DNA of 64,000 nucleotides from Rubripirellula sp. (GTDB lineage Bacteria > Planctomycetota > Planctomycetia > Pirellulales > Pirellulaceae): assembly GCA_965216875.1 (NCBI GenBank), contig OZ244207.1:3232001-3296000 (forward strand), read 5' to 3'. The notes under the pieces are model-generated. The model was not told where the DNA came from. It did no database searches and saw nothing but the letters and a program-made list of their open reading frames with translations. The position numbers and the translations under genes are program-made. Of the stretch, positions 9,941 through 22,434 are shown piece after piece. The first letter of the stretch is position 1. Each line of letters opens with the position of its first letter.

Positions 9941-11809
9941 TCAGCCGACTACCGGGGGTGCCATCCCCAGCGAAACAACTTTTGGACTTGGCATTTCAGG
10001 CCGCTCAAGCACCGTATCGACAAGGAAGTAGAGCAGTCTGCGCAGCGCCTCGGGTTCGACTTCGTCGGCAACTTGTTCGGCGCGAGCTTGATGCTTGTCG
10101 ACCAACTTGAATGCCGTTTCGAACACGTCCGCCTTGTCATATAAGCGGCGTACTTTCGAAAGTCGCTCGATATCGGATAGCTCACATTCGTCCGAGGCAA
10201 GGCTCAACAATTCCTGTTGGTCCCCTTCGGAAAGGGCCTGCAGGGCCAATGCCCAAAGCAACGTGGGCCTACCGCCAAAGATATCGCCACCTGCCGACAT
10301 CTTGTTGAAATCGTCGCCACACCAGTCGCCCAAGTCATTGAGAATCTGGAAGGCAACGCCCATGTTTCGGCTAAACGTGCGAATCGGTTCGCGATACTGC
10401 TCGGCATCGCCGGCCAATCGAACGCCGCTGTAAAGTGCCGCCTCGAACGCGGGCGAGGTCTTCAGTGCATAGACCTTCAATGCATCAAGCGGGGTGAGCC
10501 GGCGATCACTTGAATCACGCCACAGCAATTCCGCACCTTGTCCCTCGGCCAAGCGAGTGTGTGCCGCAGCAAGCGAATCAAGCACATCGACTCGAGCTTG
10601 TGCCGGAATGTCGTCGTTATCGTCGCTGCGGCTGAGCAATCGGTACCCAAGGCCAATCAGGTAGTCACCCACATTGATCGCTGTCGGCAATCCGAATCGG
10701 CGATGCACGGCAGGTTGCCCATAACGAAAGGCATCATCGTCCTCGATGTCATCGTGAACGAGACTCGCTTTGTGGAACGTCTCGATGCTCATCGCCGCCC
10801 GTTGAACGGCCACCGGCAACTGCTCGACCACTTCGCTCGCACCAGCTTCGGTGCAAGCGCCGCCGGTCATCGCGTCGTAGGCCGCGAGCGTGATGAAGGG
10901 GCGTGAGTGCTTTCCGCCACGCGAAAGGAAGTCATAAGCAATGTGTTCGGTCGCCGCGATCGTGTCCATCGACGCCACTTCCACAGGCGTCACGGCCTGT
11001 TCGGTCAAAGCCGCGGTGGCTCGCACACGGGGAGCCAGTTTGTCGATCGATTCGGTCTTGAAGAGGTCTCCGGCAGCTCGCATCAGATGCACGTAGGTCT
11101 TCGTTTTCTGCGCCGCTGGCTCGTAGGGCGTTCGAATCATCTGATCGACCCAAGGCTCATCAACCTTGGTGTTTCGGCAATCGCTGCTCAGCAGTGGCAC
11201 TGCCATGCAGGGAATTCCCGCCAAAAGCACTTTGTCGATCGCTTTTTCAAGCACGTTCAAACATGCCACACCGATCACCGCGTCGACGTAACCGCCGACG
11301 ATGATCTTCATCACCACGGGTGACCCTTCAGCCACCAACACGCGGTAACCCATGTCTTCGGCCAAACCGCGAAAATCGGCGATGCTGCAGGCCCCGCATT
11401 CTTTGCAGTTCATGCCAAACTGGTCATATTCCGCCGGGCAACCCTCAGCATGTTTCAAACAGTGAGGCAGCAGGAACAAGCGCCGTTCGGGCGGTACGGC
11501 CGCAAGCGAATCTCTCCAAAACTCACTGCTGATCATCACCATCATCCAGCCCAAATAGGCCTCGGGCAGATCGGCCTCTTCGAGCGTGCGGCGGGCGATC
11601 ACCTCCATCTCGTCTTTGGTCAGCGGGATGGATCGGTCAATGCGCGACGCCACTTCGGCGCATCGATCACGCAAACTCTCTCGAAGCTCAAGCGTCGGCG
11701 GAACGTCCTTCAAGTGACTTGTTTTGCGACGCGACGATCGTCCTCCCGTGCTGCTTGATGCTGCATCGGTCGGAATCGTTGACTCTGTGGGGCTAAGTCC
11801 AGTCGACAA
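9941..11809 (-). CDS. DUF116-like Cys-rich domain fused to a polyprenyl diphosphate synthase
   Basis: N-terminal LPHCLK..C..CKECGAC and GVAC; C-terminal GGKHSRP, LVHDDIEDDD (first Asp-rich motif), AEGQ, KT, FQILNDLGD. Confidence 0.85.
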   Translation of the reverse strand: MSTGLSPTESTIPTDAASSSTGGRSSRRKTSHLKDVPPTLELRESLRDRCAEVASRIDRSIPLTKDEMEVIARRTLEEADLPEAYLGWMMVMISSEFWRDSLAAVPPERRLFLLPHCLKHAEGCPAEYDQFGMNCKECGACSIADFRGLAEDMGYRVLVAEGSPVVMKIIVGGYVDAVIGVACLNVLEKAIDKVLLAGIPCMAVPLLSSDCRNTKVDEPWVDQMIRTPYEPAAQKTKTYVHLMRAAGDLFKTESIDKLAPRVRATAALTEQAVTPVEVASMDTIAATEHIAYDFLSRGGKHSRPFITLAAYDAMTGGACTEAGASEVVEQLPVAVQRAAMSIETFHKASLVHDDIEDDDAFRYGQPAVHRRFGLPTAINVGDYLIGLGYRLLSRSDDNDDIPAQARVDVLDSLAAAHTRLAEGQGAELLWRDSSDRRLTPLDALKVYALKTSPAFEAALYSGVRLAGDAEQYREPIRTFSRNMGVAFQILNDLGDWCGDDFNKMSAGGDIFGGRPTLLWALALQALSEGDQQELLSLASDECELSDIERLSKVRRLYDKADVFETAFKLVDKHQARAEQVADEVEPEALRRLLYFLVDTVLERPEMPSPKVVSLGMAPPVVG

Positions 11810-11869
11810 TCCGTGTACCTCTAAATGTCACTTCGTAGTTGCAGCTCTCGGGCGAGGCTGATCGGAAAC

Positions 11870-13831
<1,962 letters not shown>

Positions 13832-13957
13832 GGGCACATTGTATCGCGTATGCAAATGAATCCAGGACCGGGCACATCCTCCACAGTTCACGCCGCCCTG
13901 GAATGTGGTTATCGTAGGAATTCTTCCCCCTCCGTGCCCACCTGGAGAATCAACACC

Positions 13958-14866
13958 GTGCAACGCAGAACGTTCCTCAAGTTTGCTTCCATCGCGTCGG
14001 CTGTCGCCATGTCCTCTTGGGCTCGCGCCCGAGGGCCTATCCTGCGTCAGGGGGCAGCACGTTTTCACGTTGGCCTGGCTGCGTATTCGCTCCGCAATTA
14101 CTTCTCCTACATGAAGGGGAAGCTCAAGTCACCTGCCGCTGATGGCAAAGCGATCGACATGGTCGGTTTCCTTGACTACTGCGTCGCCCAAGGTTTTGAT
14201 GCCGCCGAATTGACGAGCTATTTTTTCAAGCCTGATGTAGGCGACGACTACTTTCGCCAACTCAAACATGAAGCCTACCTTCGCGGCGTGACGATTTCAG
14301 GAACTGCGATCGGCAACAACTTTACTGTCGGCGATGGCCCAAAACTTGACGCCGAAATCGAATCAGCAATCGCTTGGATTGATCGTGCAGCCGTTCTGGG
14401 CGCGCCTCACATTCGCTTCTTTGCCGGAACTGGCAAACAGCTGGCTGACAATCCTGAACGAATGGAACAAGCATGTGACGCGATCAATCATTGTGCCGAA
14501 CATGCAGCCAAGAAAGGCGTCTTCCTCGGAATCGAGAATCACGGCAACCTGACTTCCGCACAGATGCTGCAAATCATGGATCGCGTCGACAGCGACTGGG
14601 TTGGCATCAACCTGGACACTGGCAACTTCCACTCCGATGACCCTTACGCTGATCTCGAAAAGTGCGTGCCCTACGCCGTCAATGTTCAAGTAAAGGTCAG
14701 CATGAAGTCGCCCGCCGGCAAAAAGTACCCAGCGGACATCCAGCGTGTGGGCAAGATCTTGAAAGACGCCGGTTACCAAGGTTACGTCGTCCTTGAATAC
14801 GAAAACGAAGACCCGTACAAAAACATCCCTCCAACACTCGACGCACTTCGCAATGCGTTGAGCTAG
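13958..14866 (+). CDS. Sugar phosphate isomerase/epimerase family TIM-barrel protein with Tat signal
   Basis: GTG start after GGAG, QRRTFLK twin-arginine signal, GIENHG, NLDTGN, VVLEYE. Confidence 0.85.
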   Translation: MQRRTFLKFASIASAVAMSSWARARGPILRQGAARFHVGLAAYSLRNYFSYMKGKLKSPAADGKAIDMVGFLDYCVAQGFDAAELTSYFFKPDVGDDYFRQLKHEAYLRGVTISGTAIGNNFTVGDGPKLDAEIESAIAWIDRAAVLGAPHIRFFAGTGKQLADNPERMEQACDAINHCAEHAAKKGVFLGIENHGNLTSAQMLQIMDRVDSDWVGINLDTGNFHSDDPYADLEKCVPYAVNVQVKVSMKSPAGKKYPADIQRVGKILKDAGYQGYVVLEYENEDPYKNIPPTLDALRNALS

Positions 14867-14886
14867 CAGGCTCACGTGGCCGAGTC

Positions 14887-15399
14887 ATGAGAACTTTTCG
14901 CCAAGGCCCCGAAACCGATCGCATGACCCTTCGCGCGATGAGGGTGAGTGATGCTGAAGACTTCTATACGCTCAACAGCAATCCCGAAACGATGCGGTAC
15001 ACGGGCGAACCGCCCTTTGAGAGCGTCCAGCAAGCAGAAGACGCCATCACGTGCTATCGGGATTTCGACGAAATCGGATTCGGACGTTGGGCCTGCATCT
15101 TGAAGGAAACCAATCGCATGATCGGTTTCTGTGGTCTGAAGTATTTGCCCGAATTGGATGCCATCGACCTTGGCTATCGCTTCTTGCCACAGCATTGGGG
15201 CAGGGGACTCGGCACCGAAGCAGCAAAAGCCAGTGTCGACTTCGGTTTTCAAAAGATGGACCTTCAAAAGATCATCGGACTAGTCTTGGCTGACAACACT
15301 CCATCGATTCGTGTCCTCGAAAAGGTCGGAATGACCTTGGACGGACCAATCAATTACTTGGGTGATGATGCTCTTCAATACAGCATCACTTGCCATTAG
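14887..15399 (+). CDS. GNAT acetyltransferase (RimJ/RimL-like)
   Basis: ETDRMTLR, IGFCGL, HWGRGLGTEAA, NTPSIRVLEKVGM. Confidence 0.9.
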   Translation: MRTFRQGPETDRMTLRAMRVSDAEDFYTLNSNPETMRYTGEPPFESVQQAEDAITCYRDFDEIGFGRWACILKETNRMIGFCGLKYLPELDAIDLGYRFLPQHWGRGLGTEAAKASVDFGFQKMDLQKIIGLVLADNTPSIRVLEKVGMTLDGPINYLGDDALQYSITCH

Positions 15400-15466
15400 T
15401 TGAGCAAGACTTGTCAATTGCAGAGCGGTTCTTCAGTCTCGGGAAAGCGATCTGCTGTTCAATTGG

Positions 15467-16215
15467 TTTTAACGCGGAGACGCAAGGACGCAAGGACGCA
15501 AAGGGGGGGGCGTGCGACTTGAAAGTGTCCTCTTTGCGCCCTTGCGTCTCTGCGTTTTCATAAACCATTCACGACACGATGGATTCCCTCTTTGACTAAT
15601 TTTTCGCCAAAGTTAATCACCAGTCCCAGCTTGAGTGTTTTCAATCGCAGGTATGTCAGTAGCTGCGTGGCAAAGATCGAGTTGTATTGTGTGACGGCTT
15701 TGCATTCGACGATGACGACATCGTTTACGAGCAAATCGATCTTTAGGGGCGTGGCAAGCGTGACATCTTTGTATTGAATCGGCGAGGGGACTTGTCGTCG
15801 AACATTGCAACCTTGTTGAGTTAGCTCGTAGGCCAGTGCTTCCTCGTAAACGGATTCGAGCAAGCCAGGGCCGCCCAAGGTACGATGCACTTCGATTGCA
15901 GCGGAGACGATTGTCTTGCTGATCTCGTTTTCGTTCATCTATTATTGCCCCAGTATTAGATGAGAGAGTTTTTTAACGCGAAGGCGCAGAGTCGCAAAGG
16001 CGATGCGAGCGACTTGCTGACGTCTTCTTTGCGCCTCTGCGCCTTAGCGTCTCTGCGTTTTCTTTTTGCTGCCCAGCTGTCCGCCCGTGTCGCAACCAGT
16101 TATCCAGCCTCGGGAATACCACGTTCGCCGTAGTTGGTTTTAACGCAAAGGCGCAAGGACGCAAAGCCGATGCGCGCGACGCGCCTTGGCGTCTCTGCGT
16201 TCTCTTTTGCTGCCG
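15467..16215. repeat. Three related imperfect palindromes around the GxxExxY gene (~15467-15558, ~15971-16072, ~16138-16214)
   Basis: Each starts TTTTAACGC, continues with ~8-nt CGCAA/CGCAG units and closes with the complementary GCGTCTCTGCGTT. Confidence 0.8.
15558..15938 (-). CDS. GxxExxY protein (PD-(D/E)XK-like)
   Basis: GPGLLESVYEEAL, KIDLLVNDVVIVECKAV, QLLTYL, GLVINFG. Confidence 0.92.
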   Translation of the reverse strand: MNENEISKTIVSAAIEVHRTLGGPGLLESVYEEALAYELTQQGCNVRRQVPSPIQYKDVTLATPLKIDLLVNDVVIVECKAVTQYNSIFATQLLTYLRLKTLKLGLVINFGEKLVKEGIHRVVNGL

Positions 16216-16252
16216 AAGCCAGATGCTGGAAGTTGCGATGGCTTGGTAAGTG

Positions 16253-17356
16253 CTAGACGTCGATCGCGTTGTCGAGATTCACTTCGATCTCTTTAACCTT
16301 CCGATCGTCGTTACGCTTCTTGAGCGGTTCCTGTTCCGGCGGCTGAAGATTTCGTTGGCGTTGGGGGTTTTCGAAGCCGGGGCGACGCAATCGATTCTGA
16401 AAAATGTCTTGCATGCGTTGCCTGCTCTCTTCGCGCATCCGTTGCGAACGTTCCAAGTGTTCACGTCGCATCTGTTCGGCGCGTTGTCGCGCATCATCGA
16501 TCTGCCGCTGAATCTCTTTGTCAAAACCTTGGGCATTTGGAAATGGCTGCCTGAACGGATCCGCTCCGAATGGATTTCCGAACGGCCTGCCCATAGGCGG
16601 CATCGCAGGCCCACGGTTTCCGAACCCAAAGCCCTGAATGTTGATTCCGCCACCGAGCTCAGAGAACTTTTTGTGAGCGTCCGCGTCACCCTTTTTCAAA
16701 TCATCAATGTCGTCAAAGTTCTTGGTCGTCACCTTGCCGTTTTGGTCCGTTCTCTTGACCTCGATGCCTTTATCCGTCTCAACGATGTGAGTCTTTTCGC
16801 CATTCTCAGTAATCTTGACCGAGCGTTTGCCGTTGATCACAGAGATACTGACCGATCGGTTTCCTTGCGGCATGTTCCTCATCGCAGGTGGGAAGATCTG
16901 CGGTGGAACCATTGCCCCACCCGGCCGCCTTTGCGGAGTTGGGGCTGGCGGGTTCAACAAGCGATCCGCTGCCTTGGAGCGAGGATGGGTCTCATTACCT
17001 GCGATTCGCTTGAGACGTTCGCCTGCTGCCTCCCTGAGTCCTTGATCCGAGCCAAGGTAATGTTCTTCCAAAACACCAAACGCTCGATCGGCCGCATCAC
17101 TGTTTTCGCTTGCAGCAATCGCCTCGACGACATCCAACAGGTCGTGCCCGCCTCGCAACAATTCACTCGTCGCTTTGTTGCGAACTGCAAACCGTTTCGA
17201 ATTGAGCTTGTCGATCCAAACCCGAACTTGCGGGGAATCCACCGTCACCGGCGCAACCTCTTGCCCCTTTGCTTCCTGGCCCCAAGCCGTCGAACAAACG
17301 ACGCAGTGAAAGGTCGCAAACACCAACGCGATTGAGCATCGAAAGAACTTCATCAT
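16253..17356 (-). CDS. Secreted hypothetical protein with helical N-terminal domain and low-complexity tail
   Basis: Signal peptide (STAWG), HEAT-like LNSKRFAVRNKATSEL, Pro/Gly/Arg-rich C-terminus. Confidence 0.7.
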   Translation of the reverse strand: MMKFFRCSIALVFATFHCVVCSTAWGQEAKGQEVAPVTVDSPQVRVWIDKLNSKRFAVRNKATSELLRGGHDLLDVVEAIAASENSDAADRAFGVLEEHYLGSDQGLREAAGERLKRIAGNETHPRSKAADRLLNPPAPTPQRRPGGAMVPPQIFPPAMRNMPQGNRSVSISVINGKRSVKITENGEKTHIVETDKGIEVKRTDQNGKVTTKNFDDIDDLKKGDADAHKKFSELGGGINIQGFGFGNRGPAMPPMGRPFGNPFGADPFRQPFPNAQGFDKEIQRQIDDARQRAEQMRREHLERSQRMREESRQRMQDIFQNRLRRPGFENPQRQRNLQPPEQEPLKKRNDDRKVKEIEVNLDNAIDV

Positions 17357-17499
17357 TCCTCTCGCCTTTGTTCCCAAGCCGATTGTGCCCATCGGGGCAG
17401 ATCACGGGCAGGGACGTCTCTGGGTGGATCAGTCCAACTGGTGAAATCTAGGCCAGTATACCGCGCGGCGCCAAGATCGCCCCCGTATTGGCGTCAGTT

Positions 17500-17650
17500 T
17501 CGGACGCAAGTGCTGCGGATTGGAGATGTGATTCCACCACAAGACCCAAGTGCAAAAAACTGAGCCGAGACTCGCGTAAGCGGCCGGGCCTTCATCCGAG
17601 CTCCGCGGTGGCAAGGGCCCGAGGCCTCACGGCCAGCAGCTCACGGGTAG
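17500..17650 (-). repeat. Copy of a ~150-200 bp MITE-like repeat (family also at 56020-56219 and 58081-58270)
   Basis: Reverse complement contains CCCGTGAGCTGCTGGCCGTGAGGCCTCGGGCCCTTGCC...AAGGCCCGGCCGCTTACGCGA, matching the other two copies. Confidence 0.8.
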
Positions 17651-17653
17651 TGA

Positions 17654-18931
17654 CTAGAGCTTTGCCCCAATACAAAAAAGGTGAGACTTGGTTCGCACGT
17701 AGATACGGCCATCCGAAATTGCGGGAGAGGCATAACAAGATTCGCCGAGCTTGTTCTTTGAGACGATCTCGGCCGTCTCGCCCGGTTTCACGATCTTGCA
17801 AATTCCGTCGTCATCGAACAGATAGACCAAACCGCCAGCGGTCACCAGCGACGCACTATAGTGCCTCCCCATCCGCTCGCGCCAAATCCGGTCGCCAGAT
17901 CTCTTGTCGAAACAATTCACGATCCCTCGGTCGTCGGCCACCATCAGATAGCGACCAACGAGCACGGGGCTCGGGACGTAACATTTTGCGACGGTGCTGT
18001 GCCAAGCAACGTGGCTTTCAGTCACGTTGCCACGTCCTCCAGAACGAATCCCCATCACATGATGTGTCGGGAATCCGGCGGTCATATAAAACTTGTCGCC
18101 GTCATAAACCATGGACGCAACGAACTGCTCCGTCGGTCCATCAATCTTCCACCACGTGGAACCGTCTCGTGGATTCAAACTCGTGATCTGCTTGCTACCT
18201 GAAAAGACAAGATGCGGCTCGCCACCAATGTTGCGAAGCAGCGGCGTCACGTAGCTACGCGTCTTGTGCTTGCGCGGTGACTTCCATTTCGTCTCACCCG
18301 ATTCTCGGTCGAGCGCGACAACGTACGACTCACCATCGTGATCGCCGTTGACAATCACCAGATTGTTGAAGAGCACGGGACTACTGCAGTAACCGTGCAT
18401 GCTCGAAAACGAGCCGGGACGCACCTTCCAACGTTCGTTGCCTTGAAAATCGTACGCCGCGACCACCATGTTGCCTGGCGACACACGTCCCTCGGACGCT
18501 CCGGTCGGTTCCAAGAAAGTAACGTAAACCGTTTTGCCATCAGTTGCCGGCGTCCCCGAAGCAAAGCTGTTGAGTTTGTGCTTCTGCTCAAGTGGCGCGA
18601 CGACCACCGTCTGTTGCCAGAGCACGTCGCCGGTCTTGGAATCCAAACAAATCAGGTCCCGGTGATTCGATTCGAGCAAACAGGTTGTCAAAAAGAGGTG
18701 GCGACCGTGAACGATAGGCGATGAATGGCCAATCCCAGGTAGCGGTGTCTTCCAAGCAATGCCGTCGCCCGTTTCGCCGTCCCAACGTATCGGAACATTC
18801 GGCTCGATACTCGTGCCATCACCTCGAGGTCCGCGCCACTGCGGCCAATCCTCCCCGGATGCACTGCTCGCCAAGCTCAAAAAGGCGATCGCAAGACATG
18901 ACCAAGCAACACAGCTAACCAATGAACGCAT
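17654..18931 (-). CDS. PQQ-like beta-propeller repeat protein (BamB-like family)
   Basis: Signal peptide, DWPQWRGP, HSSPIV, CSSPV, YASPAISDGRIYVRT. Confidence 0.9.
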   Translation of the reverse strand: MRSLVSCVAWSCLAIAFLSLASSASGEDWPQWRGPRGDGTSIEPNVPIRWDGETGDGIAWKTPLPGIGHSSPIVHGRHLFLTTCLLESNHRDLICLDSKTGDVLWQQTVVVAPLEQKHKLNSFASGTPATDGKTVYVTFLEPTGASEGRVSPGNMVVAAYDFQGNERWKVRPGSFSSMHGYCSSPVLFNNLVIVNGDHDGESYVVALDRESGETKWKSPRKHKTRSYVTPLLRNIGGEPHLVFSGSKQITSLNPRDGSTWWKIDGPTEQFVASMVYDGDKFYMTAGFPTHHVMGIRSGGRGNVTESHVAWHSTVAKCYVPSPVLVGRYLMVADDRGIVNCFDKRSGDRIWRERMGRHYSASLVTAGGLVYLFDDDGICKIVKPGETAEIVSKNKLGESCYASPAISDGRIYVRTKSHLFCIGAKL

Positions 18932-19061
18932 CGACAATTCTTTCCGCCCTAGCAACCAATCGAAACCACCATTCTAGACGCTGACCAATTCGCAGGGGTA
19001 TCGAAGGCACGATAAGATGGTGGTCCCTCAATCCATCCCGCCTTTGAACCCACCAACCCGC

Positions 19062-20165
19062 ATGTCCCCACAACGCAATGTCTCGCGCCGCACGGTTGTC
19101 GCAGCCGCAGCAGCCAGTGCAATCACTCTGCCACAACTTGCCGTTGGACAAACACTGGTATTTGGAGAAACACCGCCGGCAAAGATTCGCATCGGCCAGA
19201 TCGGTACGAAACACCCCCACGCCGCTGGCAAATTGCAGACAATTCGAGAACTGGGTGACCTTTACGAGGTGGTTGGTGTCGTGGAGGACGACGCCAAGCA
19301 GCGCGAGCGAGTTGCGAGCCAACCGGCCTATCGCGATCTGCCGTGGATGACGACCGAACAACTCCTCAACATCCCTGGGCTCGCCGCCGTTGCCGTTGAA
19401 ACCGATGTGAAGGACCTTGCGACCACCGGCCGCACCTGCGTTCTTGCTGGAAAACACATCCACTTGGACAAGCCCGCGGGGCTGAACATGCGTGAATGCC
19501 GCGCACTGCACCAAGCGGCCGACGCCAACTCGGTCACCGTGCAAATGGGATACATGTTGCGGTACAACCCCGCGTTCGTCTTGCTGTTCGAGGCAGTGAA
19601 AGAAGGTTGGATTGGCCCCATCACCGAATTGACCGCAATGATGGGAAAGAAGGCAAGCGACGCATTGCGCCGTGACCTTGCCCGGTACCCTGGCGGAGGC
19701 ATGTTCGAACTTGCTTGCCACCTGGTCGATGCCATGGTCTATGCGCTCGGCAAGCCGCAGTCGGTGACCGCCCACAACCGAAGCACCTATCCTCAAAAAG
19801 ACTCCTTCCTCGACAACCAGCTCGCGGTGTTCGACTATCCAAACGCGATTGCAACGATCCGATGCAATCACCTCGATCCCTTTGGATTCCCACGCAGGCA
19901 TTTCCATGTCATTGGCCAAGAGGGGCACATCAAGATTGGCCCGCTTGAGCCTGCCGATGTCCAACTGGCGCTGACCCAGCCTCGCGGTCCATTCAAAAAG
20001 GGAACTCAAAAGGTAACGATGCCAAAAACGTCCGGGCGGTACGACGAAGAATTCCGCGACCTGGCGCGGGTGATTCGAGGCGAGAAAGAACTTGCCTGGA
20101 ATTCAACCCACGACCTCGCCGTTCACGAAACCGTTCTACGTGCTTGCGGCTTGCCCGTCGATTGA
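19062..20165 (+). CDS. Gfo/Idh/MocA family oxidoreductase with Tat signal
   Basis: SRRTVV twin-arginine signal, IRIGQIG, GKHIHLDKP, QMGYMLRYNP, GGGMFELACH. Confidence 0.88.
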   Translation: MSPQRNVSRRTVVAAAAASAITLPQLAVGQTLVFGETPPAKIRIGQIGTKHPHAAGKLQTIRELGDLYEVVGVVEDDAKQRERVASQPAYRDLPWMTTEQLLNIPGLAAVAVETDVKDLATTGRTCVLAGKHIHLDKPAGLNMRECRALHQAADANSVTVQMGYMLRYNPAFVLLFEAVKEGWIGPITELTAMMGKKASDALRRDLARYPGGGMFELACHLVDAMVYALGKPQSVTAHNRSTYPQKDSFLDNQLAVFDYPNAIATIRCNHLDPFGFPRRHFHVIGQEGHIKIGPLEPADVQLALTQPRGPFKKGTQKVTMPKTSGRYDEEFRDLARVIRGEKELAWNSTHDLAVHETVLRACGLPVD

Positions 20166-20347
20166 AATCGCCAACCGACTTGTGAGTGGAATGGGTGCTA
20201 GCTGCCGGCCTTTCACCCACCAGCTGTGCGACCAAAAGTACAAACCACGGATCACGCAATCACACGGAAAAGAAGACACTAAACATGAGCGGCTTTGGCG
20301 TTAGTCGCCGGCCTTGCCCCCATCGTCTCGATCCTCAGAATCAAACC

Positions 20348-20596
20348 ATGCTCACTCTCCTGCCAATCCTGCTGTTCTCAGTACTCATCGCGATCGCTTG
20401 TGTCCAGGTAGCTCGTGCGAGCCTGCCCGAACGGCTCAACCGTCCCCCTCTCAGTGACGAAGCATTCGCGGCGATGCTTCCTGAGCACGACCCTGAGATG
20501 GTGATCAAAGTCCGCCATGTGCTCTCGGAGGCTGTTGGCTGGGACGCCGATGAAATCTATCCCGACACGACACTGCTAGACCTGACCGAATACTAA
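20348..20596 (+). CDS. Small membrane-anchored hypothetical protein
   Basis: 82-aa ORF with an N-terminal hydrophobic helix, filling the gap between two genes. Confidence 0.5.
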   Translation: MLTLLPILLFSVLIAIACVQVARASLPERLNRPPLSDEAFAAMLPEHDPEMVIKVRHVLSEAVGWDADEIYPDTTLLDLTEY

Positions 20597-20610
20597 AAGC
20601 GAGCCTCTGA

Positions 20611-21828
20611 TCACGAGTCGTGATCTGCCATCACTTCCTCGGCGACCGGCAACTCTGGCAGGTCTTTCACCTTTGGCTTTCGACGACGACGTGTCTTGGG
20701 CGGAATGAGGTCGCGCATCAAATCGAGCTTGCCAAAACAGAGCAATCGATCGCCCGATTCAAGCACGCGCGCCGGCTTCGGATTCGGGATGACTTGCGTC
20801 CCCCGGTAGAGCGTCAAAGCATTCAGGTCTCGATCTCGCAAACCCGACTCTTCGATGGACTTGCCGACAAATTCTGATCCATCGGGAATGTGAATCTCAG
20901 CAACGCCATACCCGCGACTCACCGTTAGCCGCTGGCGCAGATCGATCTCTGGAAAGTCGACTTGAGCCGCAATGTAGTCGATGATCGACCCGGCAATATC
21001 AAGTTGGGTGCAACGTTCGATTCCCTCTAGCCCAGGCGACGAATTGACTTCCATGATCTGGGGGCCATCCTTGCCTTCAAGCATGTCGACTCCCGCAACT
21101 CTCAGCCCCATGATCTGGGCGGTTCGAATCGCCGTTTCGCAATAGGTCGAGTCCAACAACACCGGCTCGGTAAGTCCACCGCGATGCACGTTGCTTCGAA
21201 ACTCTTGGCCCTGCGCGACGCGTCGCATGGCGGCAACGACTTGGTCACCCACCACAAACGCGCGAATGTCGCGCCCCTTGCTTTCGGCAATGAACTTCTG
21301 AATCAAGACGTTTTGCTTTTGGCTTTGCAACATCTCCACGATCGCCTCGGCCGAACGCACGCTTTCAGCCAGCAAGACGCCAACGCCCTGAGTCCCTTCG
21401 AGCAGTTTGATGATGACCGGTGCGCCCCCAACCCGCTGAATCGCTGGCAGGACGTCCTTCTTGTCGGTCACAAATGTCGTTCGCGGGATCCCGATGTGAT
21501 GGCGGCTAAGGATTTGCAAACTACGGAGCTTGTCGCGAGAATTCGAAATACCCGAAGAAGAATTCGCACAGAAGACATCCATCTGCTCGAACTGCCGCAC
21601 CAGCGCGGTCCCGTAATTCGTGACCGATGCACCGATCCGCGGCAGGACCGCGTCATAGTCCGTGAGCTGCTTGCGACGAAAATAGAGGTCGGGTTCGCCC
21701 TGTTGCAAATCGATGGCAAACTTCAAGGTGTCGAGCACCTTTGCACGGTGCCCACGCTGTTGCGCCGCCTCTTTCAAACGGCGGGTGCTATAGCAACGAT
21801 GGTTGCGACTAAGAATTGCGAGCTTCAT
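20611..21828 (-). CDS. rimK: RimK family alpha-L-glutamate ligase with C-terminal TrkA-C (RCK_C) domain
   Basis: AVLPRIGAS, RDKLRSLQIL, KLLEGTQGVGV, EFRSNVHRGG, MEVNSSPGLEGIE; tail GSEFVGKSI...LESGDRLLCFG. Confidence 0.92.
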   Translation of the reverse strand: MKLAILSRNHRCYSTRRLKEAAQQRGHRAKVLDTLKFAIDLQQGEPDLYFRRKQLTDYDAVLPRIGASVTNYGTALVRQFEQMDVFCANSSSGISNSRDKLRSLQILSRHHIGIPRTTFVTDKKDVLPAIQRVGGAPVIIKLLEGTQGVGVLLAESVRSAEAIVEMLQSQKQNVLIQKFIAESKGRDIRAFVVGDQVVAAMRRVAQGQEFRSNVHRGGLTEPVLLDSTYCETAIRTAQIMGLRVAGVDMLEGKDGPQIMEVNSSPGLEGIERCTQLDIAGSIIDYIAAQVDFPEIDLRQRLTVSRGYGVAEIHIPDGSEFVGKSIEESGLRDRDLNALTLYRGTQVIPNPKPARVLESGDRLLCFGKLDLMRDLIPPKTRRRRKPKVKDLPELPVAEEVMADHDS

Positions 21829-21864
21829 TCGATTCGGTCACTTCAAGACGGAACGTCAAACAGA

Positions 21865-22323
21865 TCATTTCTTCTTCTTTTTGGGTCGTCCGCCATAATA
21901 CGACCGGCCTGTATCCACTAAGAATCGCCCGCGAAACGCCTGACGACCAAGCAACATCCGAAAACCCATTTTGCCGCGGTCGGACAGGGTCAATTCAATT
22001 GGCCACGTCAAACCAAGTAACGTCACATTGGTCTCGATCACCGGACGCACTTCGGCCTGACCGCTCGAACTGCGGACCGACCGAGTTTCAAGAACGGGAG
22101 CCTCAAGACGCAAAAGAGTTTTCTCACGCCGTTGCACTGGATGAACTGCAAATCGCACCCATTCAACACTCTCCTTTTCGAAGAACTCAACATCAAATGC
22201 ATGAAGCGAAGAAGACCGAGCGCCGGTGTCGACCTTCGCCTTGATCCGTCGTATCGGCAGATCGGGAAGGCTGACCCATTCACGCCAACCAATCACCGGC
22301 AAAACCGCGGGCTGTTGTTCCAT
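21865..22323 (-). CDS. RimK-associated retropepsin-like protease (RimB-like / 'ATP-dependent zinc protease' family)
   Basis: IGWREWV, KAKVDTGARSSSLHA, VRSSSG, FRMLLGR. Confidence 0.88.
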   Translation of the reverse strand: MEQQPAVLPVIGWREWVSLPDLPIRRIKAKVDTGARSSSLHAFDVEFFEKESVEWVRFAVHPVQRREKTLLRLEAPVLETRSVRSSSGQAEVRPVIETNVTLLGLTWPIELTLSDRGKMGFRMLLGRQAFRGRFLVDTGRSYYGGRPKKKKK

Positions 22324-22434
22324 AAAACGAACGTCTCCGAGAATTCAGGAGAAGCAAGATTACGTTTTTTTGATGCCCGGGAAAAGGAGTATTCTTTGCG
22401 AAATCCTTGTCCCTTTTTCGGCCAGAAAACGCCG

